DNA of 32,000 nucleotides from Copranaerobaculum intestinale (GCF_009831105.1 NZ_WUUQ01000002.1:480001-512000); one strand, 5' to 3'. Positions 7,783-16,483 are shown, counted from the first letter of the stretch. The notes: generated by a model not told the origin, from the letters alone. Numbers and translations: made by a program.

Positions 7783-8686
7783 TTTTACTTGGAGCGTGGA
7801 TACTGAAAAAGGTGAACGCATTGATAAATTTATTGCGAAACAGGAGCCGGATTTTTCCCGCAGCAGGCTTCAGGCTTTGATTGAAGATGGCAGTATTCTT
7901 GTCAATGGGTGTATCGTGAAAAGCAATTATAAACTGCGCGCACATGATGTAATCACTGCTGATTTAAAAGCCGATGAACCGTTGGAGGCAAAACCTGAGA
8001 ATATCCCATTGGATATCATCTATGAGGACGAAGATGTAATTGTCATCAATAAGCCGAAAGGCATGGTAATTCATCCATCTGCAGGGAACCGAGAACATAC
8101 CTTGGTGAATGCACTGCTGTATCATTGCCGTGATCTTTCCGGCATCAATGGTGTGCTGCGGCCGGGTATCGTTCATCGAATCGACAAGGATACGACGGGA
8201 TTGATCGCGGCAGCGAAAAATGATAAAGCACATCGTTCTTTGGCAAAGCAGCTGGCTGATAAAACGATGAACCGAACATATTTGGCATTGGTCCACGGCG
8301 TGTTGGAGCATGACTATGGAACGATTGACGCACCGATCGGACGTGATGAAAAAGACCGGCAGAGGATGACCGTTACTGCTAAGAACAGCAAGAATGCAAT
8401 TACTCATTTTAAAGTGATCGAGCGATTTCAGGAACATACTCTGGTAGAATGTCAGCTGGAGACCGGACGGACACATCAAATTCGCGTCCATATGCAGTAT
8501 ATCAAGCATCCCTTGGTAAATGATCCCAAATATGGTTATCGTAGGGATGAAGGAGGACAGATGCTGCATGCATGCGCATTGACATTTGTTCATCCTAAGA
8601 CGCTGGAAGTCATGCGTTTTGAAGCACCGCTTCCGGAAGCATTTGAAAAAGTACTTGAAGAATTGCGAGCGAGGGAAGATTTATGA
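7775..8686 (+). CDS. rluD: RluA-family 23S rRNA pseudouridine synthase (RluD-like) with N-terminal S4 domain
   Basis: 8-nt overlap with lspA. HRIDKDTTGL is the catalytic Asp motif and GRTHQIRVH is also present. The lspA-rluD order matches Bacillus. Confidence 0.9.
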   Translation: MSDFTWSVDTEKGERIDKFIAKQEPDFSRSRLQALIEDGSILVNGCIVKSNYKLRAHDVITADLKADEPLEAKPENIPLDIIYEDEDVIVINKPKGMVIHPSAGNREHTLVNALLYHCRDLSGINGVLRPGIVHRIDKDTTGLIAAAKNDKAHRSLAKQLADKTMNRTYLALVHGVLEHDYGTIDAPIGRDEKDRQRMTVTAKNSKNAITHFKVIERFQEHTLVECQLETGRTHQIRVHMQYIKHPLVNDPKYGYRRDEGGQMLHACALTFVHPKTLEVMRFEAPLPEAFEKVLEELRAREDL

Positions 8687-9927
8687 ATTATTCAACCAAT
8701 GATATTTATGTAATTCAGCTGGTAAATTATCTGGTTTCACAAGCTGATTATCAGATTGTGACCGTCCAGCAGCAGAAAAATGATATTTGGATGGTCAATG
8801 CGAAGCATGATACATATCCGGTGATCCGCTTATGCTCAGATCCAGCCGGAATCATGTATGACAAAGATTATATCCGGCAGATTCACCGGGCGATTTTAGA
8901 TTTGATTCAACGGGAGGGAACGCTGCTGATCCTGAATACCGCTGAGGATCAAATTCCAGAGACTGGTGATGAGATGATTCAGGTCGTTGCGGTAACGCCT
9001 GATCATATCAGCGATGAATCAATCGAACTGTTGTACCCCAATCTTGCGGCAGCGGTTAAGAAGCCGGAAGATCCCAAACAGGAGCTGATCAAGCTTACCA
9101 GACACATCGAAGAGGTGCAGATGAAACAGCGGCGGCAGATTCTGAAAAAAGAAATCAAGCTTCCGAAAGTGACCGCGATATTGTGTGGCATCATGATCCT
9201 GTTGTTTATCATTGTCAGCTTTATCGCTGCCAACTCTCAAACGATGGTTGGCGCTACAGTGGCCATGGGCGCTCTCTACAAACAGAGCGTTATCGCCGCT
9301 TATGAATATTGGCGTATTTTCACCGCCGGATTTATTCATGCGGATATCTTTTCTTTGATTTTAAATGTCTTGATCTTAATGCAGATCGGATTTGTCTGTG
9401 AAAAATTATATAAGCCGTGGCAGTATATCTTTATTTTTGTGATATCTACTGTTGTCGGAAATTTATTTATGCTGATCGGTAATGCAAATCAGATCGCGAT
9501 GGGTGCCGGTGCGGGTATTCTCGGTATCTTTGGAGCATTTATCGTAAACCTCTATGAAAATGGTACGCTGAAGCATCCGGTCATGCGCAGCATGCTGATT
9601 CGAATGGGCTTTATCTGCATGATTGATGTACTGGCTCCGGGCATCAGCATCCTTGGCTATATCGGTGGTTTGCTGGGAGGGGCATTTGTTGCCTTTTCAA
9701 TCAGTGAGATACCGAAGTTCCAAACTCTGAAACATAATTTTAGAATTTCTTTTGTTATTATGTTTGCGGCGTTATCGGTTATGGTAATGCGTATCAAAAC
9801 AGCTGAACCGCAGCAGCGGGTCATTGATAAACAGATCATAAAAGCGTATGATGCGATTGGATTTCATGGTTACGCCGGCTTTTTGGAGCGGCAGTATTCA
9901 GAATTCTATGCAGGAGGTATTCGATGA
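8683..9927 (+). CDS. Rhomboid-family membrane protein (YqgP/GluP-like architecture) lacking the catalytic Ser and His; predicted pseudoprotease
   Basis: 4-nt overlap with rluD. It has a cytoplasmic N-domain, then YWRIFTAGFIH (WR motif) and HADIFSLILN (TM2 H..N). AMGAGAGILG sits where GxSG is expected, and LGYIGGLLGG where xHxGGxxxG is expected. Confidence 0.8.
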   Translation: MNYSTNDIYVIQLVNYLVSQADYQIVTVQQQKNDIWMVNAKHDTYPVIRLCSDPAGIMYDKDYIRQIHRAILDLIQREGTLLILNTAEDQIPETGDEMIQVVAVTPDHISDESIELLYPNLAAAVKKPEDPKQELIKLTRHIEEVQMKQRRQILKKEIKLPKVTAILCGIMILLFIIVSFIAANSQTMVGATVAMGALYKQSVIAAYEYWRIFTAGFIHADIFSLILNVLILMQIGFVCEKLYKPWQYIFIFVISTVVGNLFMLIGNANQIAMGAGAGILGIFGAFIVNLYENGTLKHPVMRSMLIRMGFICMIDVLAPGISILGYIGGLLGGAFVAFSISEIPKFQTLKHNFRISFVIMFAALSVMVMRIKTAEPQQRVIDKQIIKAYDAIGFHGYAGFLERQYSEFYAGGIR

Positions 9928-10400
9928 AACGGGAAGATGTATTAAGCTGGGATGAATATTTTATGGGACTGGCACATTTGAGTGCCAGACGTTCAAAAGA
10001 CCCTTCGACTCAGGTTGGGGCGGCGATTGTATCACCGGATCGTAAGGTGGTCGGAATCGGCTACAACGGCTTTCCGATCGGCTGCAGCGATGATGAATTT
10101 CCATGGGAGCGGGAAGGCAGCTTTCAGGAAACAAAATATCCTTTTGTTGTCCATGCAGAGCTGAATGCTATTTTAAACAGCACGCGTGATTTACACGGCT
10201 GTACGATATATGTTTCTTTATTTCCGTGCAATGAGTGTGCAAAAGCGATTATTCAAAGCGGTATTGCCAGAATTGTATATGAATGTGATAAATATGCGGA
10301 TCAAGATAATGTCATCGCCAGTAAAAAAATGCTGAATGCAGCAGGGGTTGAACTGGTTCAGCTTCCGTATTCTATAAAACTATCTGTTTCAAAATCCTGA
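9924..10400 (+). CDS. comEB: Deoxycytidylate (dCMP) deaminase, ComEB-like
   Basis: 4-nt overlap with the previous gene. HAELNAI and PCNECAK are the zinc-binding CDA motifs, and the size is typical at 158 aa. Confidence 0.9.
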   Translation: MKREDVLSWDEYFMGLAHLSARRSKDPSTQVGAAIVSPDRKVVGIGYNGFPIGCSDDEFPWEREGSFQETKYPFVVHAELNAILNSTRDLHGCTIYVSLFPCNECAKAIIQSGIARIVYECDKYADQDNVIASKKMLNAAGVELVQLPYSIKLSVSKS

Positions 10401-10468
10401 AGAAAATTAAGTGATCTGATGGTTTTATATAGATGTATAGAAGAATATTTCTATATGAAAAGAAAATT

Positions 10469-10499
10469 AAAAGCCGGTTAAAAATGCCGGCTTTTCTTT
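10469..10499 (+). terminator. Rho-independent terminator of the lspA-comEB operon
   Basis: Stem AAAAGCCGG / CCGGCTTTT (10469-10477 / 10487-10495), a 9-nt loop and a T-rich tail. Confidence 0.75.
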
Positions 10500-10581
10500 A
10501 TCAATAATGAACCATACAACCTGAGGCGTTTTTTTTAGCTTAAATATATGATAACATTAATTATATAATGGGGGTACGTTA

Positions 10582-12579
10582 ATGAAAAAGATCGTTGTCT
10601 GTATATTTGCATGTATATCTTTAATAGGATTTGTATTATCATATGCAAATACAAGCGATATTTACAAATTATCATTATCTTTATCACCTGAACAAAACAC
10701 AAATGTTGTTCGCTTTTTGTATTCACATGATGATAATCTTAATAATCACGAAAATGATTTTATAGAAAAAATGATTTATATAAATGATAGGAATAATACA
10801 ACGATCATGAAAGTTTCACCGATTGATCAAACACATATTAATTATTATGCTTATTTTAAAAATGAGAATGTTTATCAGTATGCGGATCTCATTTTTACGA
10901 AACATGAAATGGATCGTTTGAATCAGAATAAATATTTTTTAATAACGAATGATCAAAATAGAAAAGCTGATTTATATTTTCCTATCTTTGCAAATGACGA
11001 AAAAGTGTATGTACATAATTTAAGGAATTACGATTCAATTGATGGACGTTATTCATTTATTGGAGCTAAGGCAAAAGATTCTTTTCTGCAACTTAAACAA
11101 AATTTTCCATCACTATCTTTTGAATTATTGAGTGAGGATGAAATTAAAATAAATAGCAATATATTGGATGCACCGCGAATACAAACATTCATTCAATTGT
11201 GTGTTATGCTTGTGATTATAGCAATTATTTGTCTATTAATGTATTATTCACAAATTCAAGAGAAGATAGCAATCAAAAAAATGTTTGGATATTCTTCAAT
11301 AAATATTTTATTAAAAGAGAATAGAAAAATGATCTTTGAAGTAATGGTTGTCAATGCTTTTGTTTTTATAGTATGCTTCTTGATCTCAGTGAAGCAATTT
11401 AACATGTTTTCAACATTATTAATAAAATATCTACTTTCTTTTTTTCTATCTGAAGTTATTATGCTTTTTATAATTTTAGTATTTTTATTTTACTTTTTTA
11501 AAAAAGTTGAAATCACTAATCTGTTGAAGCATCAATTCAATTATAAAGGTTTATTAACATTAAATTTAATATTACGCAGTATGATCGTGATATTTGGCGT
11601 ATCAATCATAGGAAATTATTTTAAGCCTATGATAGATGATGTTCAAGCGGTGCTTTCTTCCTTTCATTATCAACAGAACATTGAAGGTTATTATAAAGCG
11701 GATAACATGCAACAATTTGAATCAGATACAGTTGGCTATTTGCATGTTTTATACAATCAATTAAATGAATCTGGAGGAATTGGTGTGGAGACGCATTATT
11801 ATGGGGATTTAGATAGGGGACACATACCTTATCTAGGAGTGAATGCAAATTATATTAACAAAATGAATATAAAAGATAACTGTAATAAAGTCCTACATAT
11901 AAATGATAATGGTTATTATATTTTGGTTCCAGAAATTTATAAAAATGAGGTTAATAAATTTATTAAAAATGAACTAAGAAGTGATATTACGTGGAAAATA
12001 AAAACGATAAAAGATAATCAAGAATTTTTTACATTTGATAATTCAATCCATGAATCGGCAATGGGGTATGTTGAAAATCCATTTATAGTCGTATCTGATT
12101 TTGTGAATCCTTGGTTTGTTTATGGAACAGAAAAGCAGTTTGATAAAGATGAAATATATAAAGTACTAGTGTCAAAAGGGTATCAAGCAACTTTTGATAT
12201 ATATTCTGTTGATGAGACCTCCAAAGAACAATATCAGTTCACAATAAATAGATTGAAGGAGGAAATTCTTTTGATAAGCATTTCCTTTATGGCTTTATGT
12301 GCAGTAATATCCCAGTATGTAATTTCTTATATGAATGCTTTTAAGAAAGAAATTATGATTAAAAAAATGATGGGGCATAGTCTGATAAAACGTTATGATC
12401 GCATGCTGCTAATTATGACAATCTTTTATCTTGTGATTGCCGCTTATTACTTTGTATGGAATAGACCATTTATTGAGCAAATAACAGTTTTTGTGATATT
12501 CATGTTTGAATGCCTATATTCTGGATTTCTTATTGTAATTACTGAAAATAAAATAACGGCTGTAAGCCTTAAGGAGTAA
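10582..12579 (+). CDS. DUF1430-type bacteriocin-associated integral membrane protein (double FtsX-like permease)
   Basis: 665 aa with an N-terminal TM/signal anchor. It has two extracytoplasmic domains, each followed by a TM bundle. Each bundle is introduced by an FtsX-like motif (EKIAIKKMFGYS and KEIMIKKMMGHS). The gene lies immediately upstream of a lactococcin-972-group ATPase. Confidence 0.75.
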   Translation: MKKIVVCIFACISLIGFVLSYANTSDIYKLSLSLSPEQNTNVVRFLYSHDDNLNNHENDFIEKMIYINDRNNTTIMKVSPIDQTHINYYAYFKNENVYQYADLIFTKHEMDRLNQNKYFLITNDQNRKADLYFPIFANDEKVYVHNLRNYDSIDGRYSFIGAKAKDSFLQLKQNFPSLSFELLSEDEIKINSNILDAPRIQTFIQLCVMLVIIAIICLLMYYSQIQEKIAIKKMFGYSSINILLKENRKMIFEVMVVNAFVFIVCFLISVKQFNMFSTLLIKYLLSFFLSEVIMLFIILVFLFYFFKKVEITNLLKHQFNYKGLLTLNLILRSMIVIFGVSIIGNYFKPMIDDVQAVLSSFHYQQNIEGYYKADNMQQFESDTVGYLHVLYNQLNESGGIGVETHYYGDLDRGHIPYLGVNANYINKMNIKDNCNKVLHINDNGYYILVPEIYKNEVNKFIKNELRSDITWKIKTIKDNQEFFTFDNSIHESAMGYVENPFIVVSDFVNPWFVYGTEKQFDKDEIYKVLVSKGYQATFDIYSVDETSKEQYQFTINRLKEEILLISISFMALCAVISQYVISYMNAFKKEIMIKKMMGHSLIKRYDRMLLIMTIFYLVIAAYYFVWNRPFIEQITVFVIFMFECLYSGFLIVITENKITAVSLKE

Positions 12580-12582
12580 TCT

Positions 12583-13224
12583 ATGGAATATATAGAAGTA
12601 AAAAATTTAGTAAAGAGGTTTGATGATCATGTTATTTTACATGATTTTAATGCTCGTTTTGAAAAAGGGACACTAACTGCGATTACTGGAGAATCAGGTT
12701 GTGGAAAATCTACATTGTTAAACATCATCGGTTTGATAGAAAAGCCTACTTCTGGTGAAATCTTGTATCAAGGATTTGAAGGATTTAAGCTCGGATCTAG
12801 GACTGTTATGAATCTTTTGCGGTATGAAATAGCTTACTTATTTCAAAATTATGCATTACTTGATAATGAGACAGTAGAAGCTAATTTAAAAATCGCCATG
12901 GAATATTCAAAAGATAAAAAAGATAGGACAGCTATTAGCCAAGCGCTTGAAAAAGTGAATCTGTCTCCTGCGATTATAACGAATAAAGTATATACGCTAT
13001 CGGGAGGGGAACAGCAGCGTGTAGCTATGGCAAGAATACTTTTGAAACCCTGTACGGTTGTTTTAGCGGATGAACCTACCGGAAATTTAGATGAGGAAAA
13101 TAAGGCTGAAATATTTCAACTTCTGAAATTGATGGCAGAAAGTGGAAAAATTGTAATAGTAGTTACTCATGATCAAGCTTTGGCAATTCAATGCCATAAC
13201 AAAATCCACTTAGACAAGCAATGA
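12583..13224 (+). CDS. ABC transporter ATP-binding protein, lactococcin 972 bacteriocin-export group
   Basis: 213-aa stand-alone NBD. Motifs: Walker A GESGCGKST, Q-loop FQNYAL, signature LSGGEQQR, Walker B VVLADEPTGNLD, H-loop VTHD. The overall sequence matches my memory of the L_ocin_972_ABC family. Confidence 0.8.
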   Translation: MEYIEVKNLVKRFDDHVILHDFNARFEKGTLTAITGESGCGKSTLLNIIGLIEKPTSGEILYQGFEGFKLGSRTVMNLLRYEIAYLFQNYALLDNETVEANLKIAMEYSKDKKDRTAISQALEKVNLSPAIITNKVYTLSGGEQQRVAMARILLKPCTVVLADEPTGNLDEENKAEIFQLLKLMAESGKIVIVVTHDQALAIQCHNKIHLDKQ

Positions 13225-13244
13225 TATTCTAAAATATTGTGTAG

Positions 13245-13271
13245 AAAAGATATTCTGACGAATATCTTTTT
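13245..13271 (+). terminator. Rho-independent terminator ending the AT-rich islet
   Basis: 10-bp perfect stem AAAAGATATT / AATATCTTTT with the 6-nt loop CTGACG. Confidence 0.6.
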
Positions 13272-13318
13272 ATCTATCCATACCGTACCAAAAATAAGCG
13301 GATAGTATGTTGATCCCA

Positions 13319-13327
13319 TGGTAAAAT
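13319..13327 (+). promoter_or_regulatory. Extended -10 element TGgTAAAAT upstream of the AraC-family gene
   Basis: TG at 13319-13320 and TAAAAT at 13322-13327. The SD GAAAGGTGG and ATG 13352 lie downstream. Confidence 0.35.
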
Positions 13328-13351
13328 AAGAGGGACAGAAAGGTGGATGTC

Positions 13352-14209
13352 ATGGACTGGAACCAAACCCTGCAGAGGATCGTTGATTATGTAGAACTGC
13401 ATCTGCAGCGAAAGGAAGAACCGATCGATCAGGCGGAAATAGCACGGATTGCTGGATGTTCATTCAATTTTTATCAAAAAGTGTTTTCTTATATGAACAA
13501 TATTAGCTTTGCTGAATATGTCCGTAACCGAAAGCTTACGCTGGCTGGCTATGATTTAAAAAGTACGGGAATGAAGGTAGTGGAAATCAGCTATAAATAT
13601 GGGTATGATTCACCAACTTCCTTTTCAAAGGCGTTTCAGCTTTTTCATGGCATATCGCCAAGCATGGCAAGAAGCAGTTCCGCTCAGCTAAAAGTATATC
13701 CAAAAATGCAGCTCCATGAGAATGCAGAGTATTCATGGAAGCTGAAGCAGCTGCCGGCCTTTCGATTGATCGGAAAAAGTGTTACGGTTTCAGTAATGGA
13801 TGCAGCAAAGCAAATACCAAAATTTTGGAGTGATTGTCAAAATGATGGAACCTTTTATAAGCTGACACAATTTGATCGAGGTACTATAAAGGGAATGTTT
13901 GGAGGATTTCATCATTTAGATGAAACGAAAAATCAGATCACTTATACGATGTCGGTGATTGCTGATCAAGCTGCTCCTGAAGGTTATGATGAATGGTTGA
14001 TCTCAAAAAACACATGGGCGATCTTTGACTGCCGCGGACCTTTGCCGAAAGCGATACAAAATGGATGGAAATTCCTTCACGAGGAATGGCTTATGCAGTA
14101 TCCATTTGGTCATGCAAACAGTCCCGAATTAGAGTGGTACAGTCGAGGAAATGTCTACGATGACGCATATCTAAGTCAAATATGGATACCGATCATCGTT
14201 GAACCATAG
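13352..14209 (+). CDS. AraC/XylS-family transcriptional regulator with C-terminal GyrI-like effector-binding domain (Rob/MarA-type HTH first)
   Basis: The ORF track starts at GTG 13343. ATG 13352 is better spaced from GAAAGGTGG. The N-terminal dual HTH reads IARIAGCSFNFYQKVF...EISYKYGYDSPTSFSKAFQLFHGISPS. The C-terminal ~160 aa resemble GyrI-like small-molecule-binding domains. Confidence 0.85.
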   Translation: MDWNQTLQRIVDYVELHLQRKEEPIDQAEIARIAGCSFNFYQKVFSYMNNISFAEYVRNRKLTLAGYDLKSTGMKVVEISYKYGYDSPTSFSKAFQLFHGISPSMARSSSAQLKVYPKMQLHENAEYSWKLKQLPAFRLIGKSVTVSVMDAAKQIPKFWSDCQNDGTFYKLTQFDRGTIKGMFGGFHHLDETKNQITYTMSVIADQAAPEGYDEWLISKNTWAIFDCRGPLPKAIQNGWKFLHEEWLMQYPFGHANSPELEWYSRGNVYDDAYLSQIWIPIIVEP

Positions 14210-14221
14210 GAGGAATAGGAA

Positions 14222-14707
14222 ATGGAAAAACAACTACTGGAAAGCTTTTTGGAAAGTGTGGATGAGATGAATCGTCCGTTCGTGGAACAGCTGCACACAT
14301 ATTTAATCAAGCATCGCTGTACCTGCGATATAAAATCTGCAAAAAGCGGTTATGTCGTATCATATCTTTCAAGCGATACAAAACGGACTCTGGCAACCTT
14401 TGTCTTTCGGAAGTCAGGGATCCGTATGCGAATCTTTGCTGATCATATTCAAGATTATCAGGAGCTGTTGGATGAACTGCCAAAATCGATGAAAAAGGAT
14501 ATTCAAAAAGCATCCCTATGTAAACGTCTCATCAATCCGGATGATTGTAATCCTAAATGTTCTATGGGATATACCTTTCAAATGGGGGAGGAAACATATC
14601 AAAAATGTCGCTATATGGCCTTTATGCCTAAATTGAGCAATGAAAACAATCCCTACATTCAACGGATTCTGGAAACAGAGCTGCAGTATATAAAAACCGC
14701 AGGATAA
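14222..14707 (+). CDS. Hypothetical protein with C-terminal Cys cluster (weak DUF1801/YdhG-like N-terminal resemblance)
   Basis: 161-aa ORF with AGGAGGAATAGGAA upstream. The Cys pattern is CKRLINPDDCNPKC...C. I have no confident family assignment. Confidence 0.6.
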   Translation: MEKQLLESFLESVDEMNRPFVEQLHTYLIKHRCTCDIKSAKSGYVVSYLSSDTKRTLATFVFRKSGIRMRIFADHIQDYQELLDELPKSMKKDIQKASLCKRLINPDDCNPKCSMGYTFQMGEETYQKCRYMAFMPKLSNENNPYIQRILETELQYIKTAG

Positions 14708-14763
14708 AAAAAAGACTGACCGCTTATCGTTTAGAAGAGTTTCTAACGCGGGTCAGTTTTTTT
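14704..14763. terminator. Bidirectional terminator between convergent genes
   Basis: A long imperfect hairpin with outer stem ACTGACC / GGTCAGT and inner stem CGTT-AGAA / TTCTAACG. An A8 run lies on one side and a T7 run on the other. It serves both the + gene ending at 14707 and the - gene ending at 14762. Confidence 0.7.
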
Positions 14764-16483
14764 ATTTGATATCTGCTATATGGATGCGGTTACGGCCGTG
14801 ATTTTTTGCATAATACATCGCTTCATCTGCTTTTGCGAATAAGGTTTGGTAGGTATCATCCTTGGAGGCATATGCTATTCCTAAACTTAAGGTTAATTGA
14901 AACTGATCCTTGATCCGGATCGTCCGCGCTTTTGCTGAAATTCTCTGGGCAATGGATTCAATGGCATCCATGCGGCTTTTAGGCAGGAAGATTAAGAACT
15001 CATCACCGCCGATGCGTCCGGCAATGTCTATATCCTGAATGGAGCTTTTTAGTATTTCAGTTACCTTCAGCAGGATATCGTTTCCTTCTAAATGTCCGAA
15101 AGAATCATTTACGCGTTTAAAATTATCAATATCGGTGATCATCATGACTCCGCCATGATCTTGCTGCAAATGATCCTCGATCATCAGTTCGGTACATTTA
15201 GGATTATACAAGCGGGTCAGGGCATCCCGCTGACTCAAATTGATTAAGGAATCCATGGCGTTTTTTTCTTCGGTGATATCCCGCCAGATTCCGATAAATT
15301 TATTTGGCTTTTGATCCTCGCTGTAAATCAGCTTGCCGCTGACGCGAATCCAAGTCCAGCAGTCGTTCAGATATTTTCGGATTTCAATGCTTTCATCTGA
15401 CAACTGTCCCAGTAAATAAGCTTTCAATGTACCAATATCGTCAAGATGTATTTGTCCGTTTGTTTCCAGATCATGGAAATAAGCTTCAATGCTGATCTTT
15501 TGTACAGGTTTGTGGCGATCGTAGTTTTCATGTTCATATTTCACCAAAGAATCATTCACAATATCATATTCAAACATGACGTCTGTAATATTTTCGAGAG
15601 CGATCCGATAACGCTCCTGTTCGACCTTTAACTGCATTTCCGCTTCTTTCATCGCGGTGATATCGGTAATCATACTGTTGATCTTAACTTTACCGTCGGA
15701 ACCGATACTTTTCTTACCGGTATCAAGAACCCAGATCAGGGAACCATCCTTTTTTTGAATGCGGTATTCCGCTTCATAGTTCAATCCCTTTGCAAACCAT
15801 TCTTCACACGATTTCAAGGCCGCCGGAAGATCGGGAGGGTACACCGCCCCGACTGCACAGCCATGACTCATTTCCATGAACTCATCATACGTATAACCGA
15901 GCATACTGCATAATCCTTCATTGACATAAAAATAGGAGAAGGTTTCATCATCGTTGCTTCCTTTTAATCCTCCGTTGATATTACTGCTGATCATATCGAT
16001 GACCTCTGATTTTTCATTTAGCAGCTGATTCATATAATCCATTGTTTGTTTTCCTACAGTTTTAGGAAAGTATGGGTCTTCATGCATTTCTTCATAGATG
16101 TTGGAATTATGCAGATGGTGGATTTTCCAGAGACCGTCCTGTTTTTGCATGGTAATGCTGCAGCGCTGCGTAACCTGCAGGATCAAGCCGTCTTCCGCAT
16201 TTGTCCGCAAATCGAATTTTCCCATGGTGATAGCATGATCTTCGGTTTCAAAAACCGTATCCAGATTTAAAAAGTCAAGACGACAGGAAGGAACCTCCGT
16301 TTTCCCTGCGTAAAAATACTTGCTTATCGCATCCTTGCCGATAAAATACTCATGATCACACGGACCGATCCAGGAGCAATCATCCATGAAATACCCCAAA
16401 ACAGTATCAATATCGCGAGTTACGTAAAATTCAATAAATAGGCTGCGGGTCAGGTCAGCCGGAGTTTCTGGATATATGCGCAT
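14762..16483 (-). CDS. Sensor diguanylate cyclase: NTF2/SnoaL-like N-domain, two PAS domains, GGDEF domain
   Basis: The C-terminus has the active-site motif RIGGDEFLIF with upstream DIDNFKRVND. Two PAS-like segments are present (YRIQKKDGSLIWV... and WTWIRVSGKLIY...IGIWRDITEEK). QDID sits where the RxxD I-site is expected. Confidence 0.88.
   Translation of the reverse strand: MRIYPETPADLTRSLFIEFYVTRDIDTVLGYFMDDCSWIGPCDHEYFIGKDAISKYFYAGKTEVPSCRLDFLNLDTVFETEDHAITMGKFDLRTNAEDGLILQVTQRCSITMQKQDGLWKIHHLHNSNIYEEMHEDPYFPKTVGKQTMDYMNQLLNEKSEVIDMISSNINGGLKGSNDDETFSYFYVNEGLCSMLGYTYDEFMEMSHGCAVGAVYPPDLPAALKSCEEWFAKGLNYEAEYRIQKKDGSLIWVLDTGKKSIGSDGKVKINSMITDITAMKEAEMQLKVEQERYRIALENITDVMFEYDIVNDSLVKYEHENYDRHKPVQKISIEAYFHDLETNGQIHLDDIGTLKAYLLGQLSDESIEIRKYLNDCWTWIRVSGKLIYSEDQKPNKFIGIWRDITEEKNAMDSLINLSQRDALTRLYNPKCTELMIEDHLQQDHGGVMMITDIDNFKRVNDSFGHLEGNDILLKVTEILKSSIQDIDIAGRIGGDEFLIFLPKSRMDAIESIAQRISAKARTIRIKDQFQLTLSLGIAYASKDDTYQTLFAKADEAMYYAKNHGRNRIHIADIK

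Larger units (their letters stand above)
10500..13272 (+). other. AT-rich two-gene islet (likely horizontally acquired) encoding an orphan lactococcin-972-type transporter/immunity pair
   Basis: I hand-counted G+C on sample 60-nt lines. The membrane gene gives 17% (10741-10800) and 13% (11461-11520), and the ATPase gene gives 38% (12661-12720). The flanks give 52% (9961-10020) and 47% (13381-13440). The islet is bounded by terminators at 10469-10499 and 13245-13271. No integrase or flanking repeats are visible. Confidence 0.6.

Noticed and set aside
7964-8593. Long antisense ORFs inside well-supported genes. Examples are the 209-aa ORF at 7964-8593(-), 175 aa at 1437-1964(-), 131 aa at 6314-6709(-), 136 aa at 6516-6926(-), 131 aa at 21757-22152(-) and 125 aa at 26125-26502(-).
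   Set aside because: They lie opposite genes with unambiguous family motifs. They lack SD sequences and have odd, Cys/His/Arg-rich compositions typical of shadow ORFs.
10400-10581. A search for a lactococcin-972-like precursor ORF or mobility signature upstream of the AT-rich islet. It also covered an 11-nt direct repeat AAGAAAATTAA at 10400-10410 and 10460-10470.
   Set aside because: The only ORF there is 8 codons long (MKRKLKAG). The repeat is short, both copies lie on the same side of the islet, and they sit upstream of the comEB terminator. It therefore does not mark insertion boundaries.
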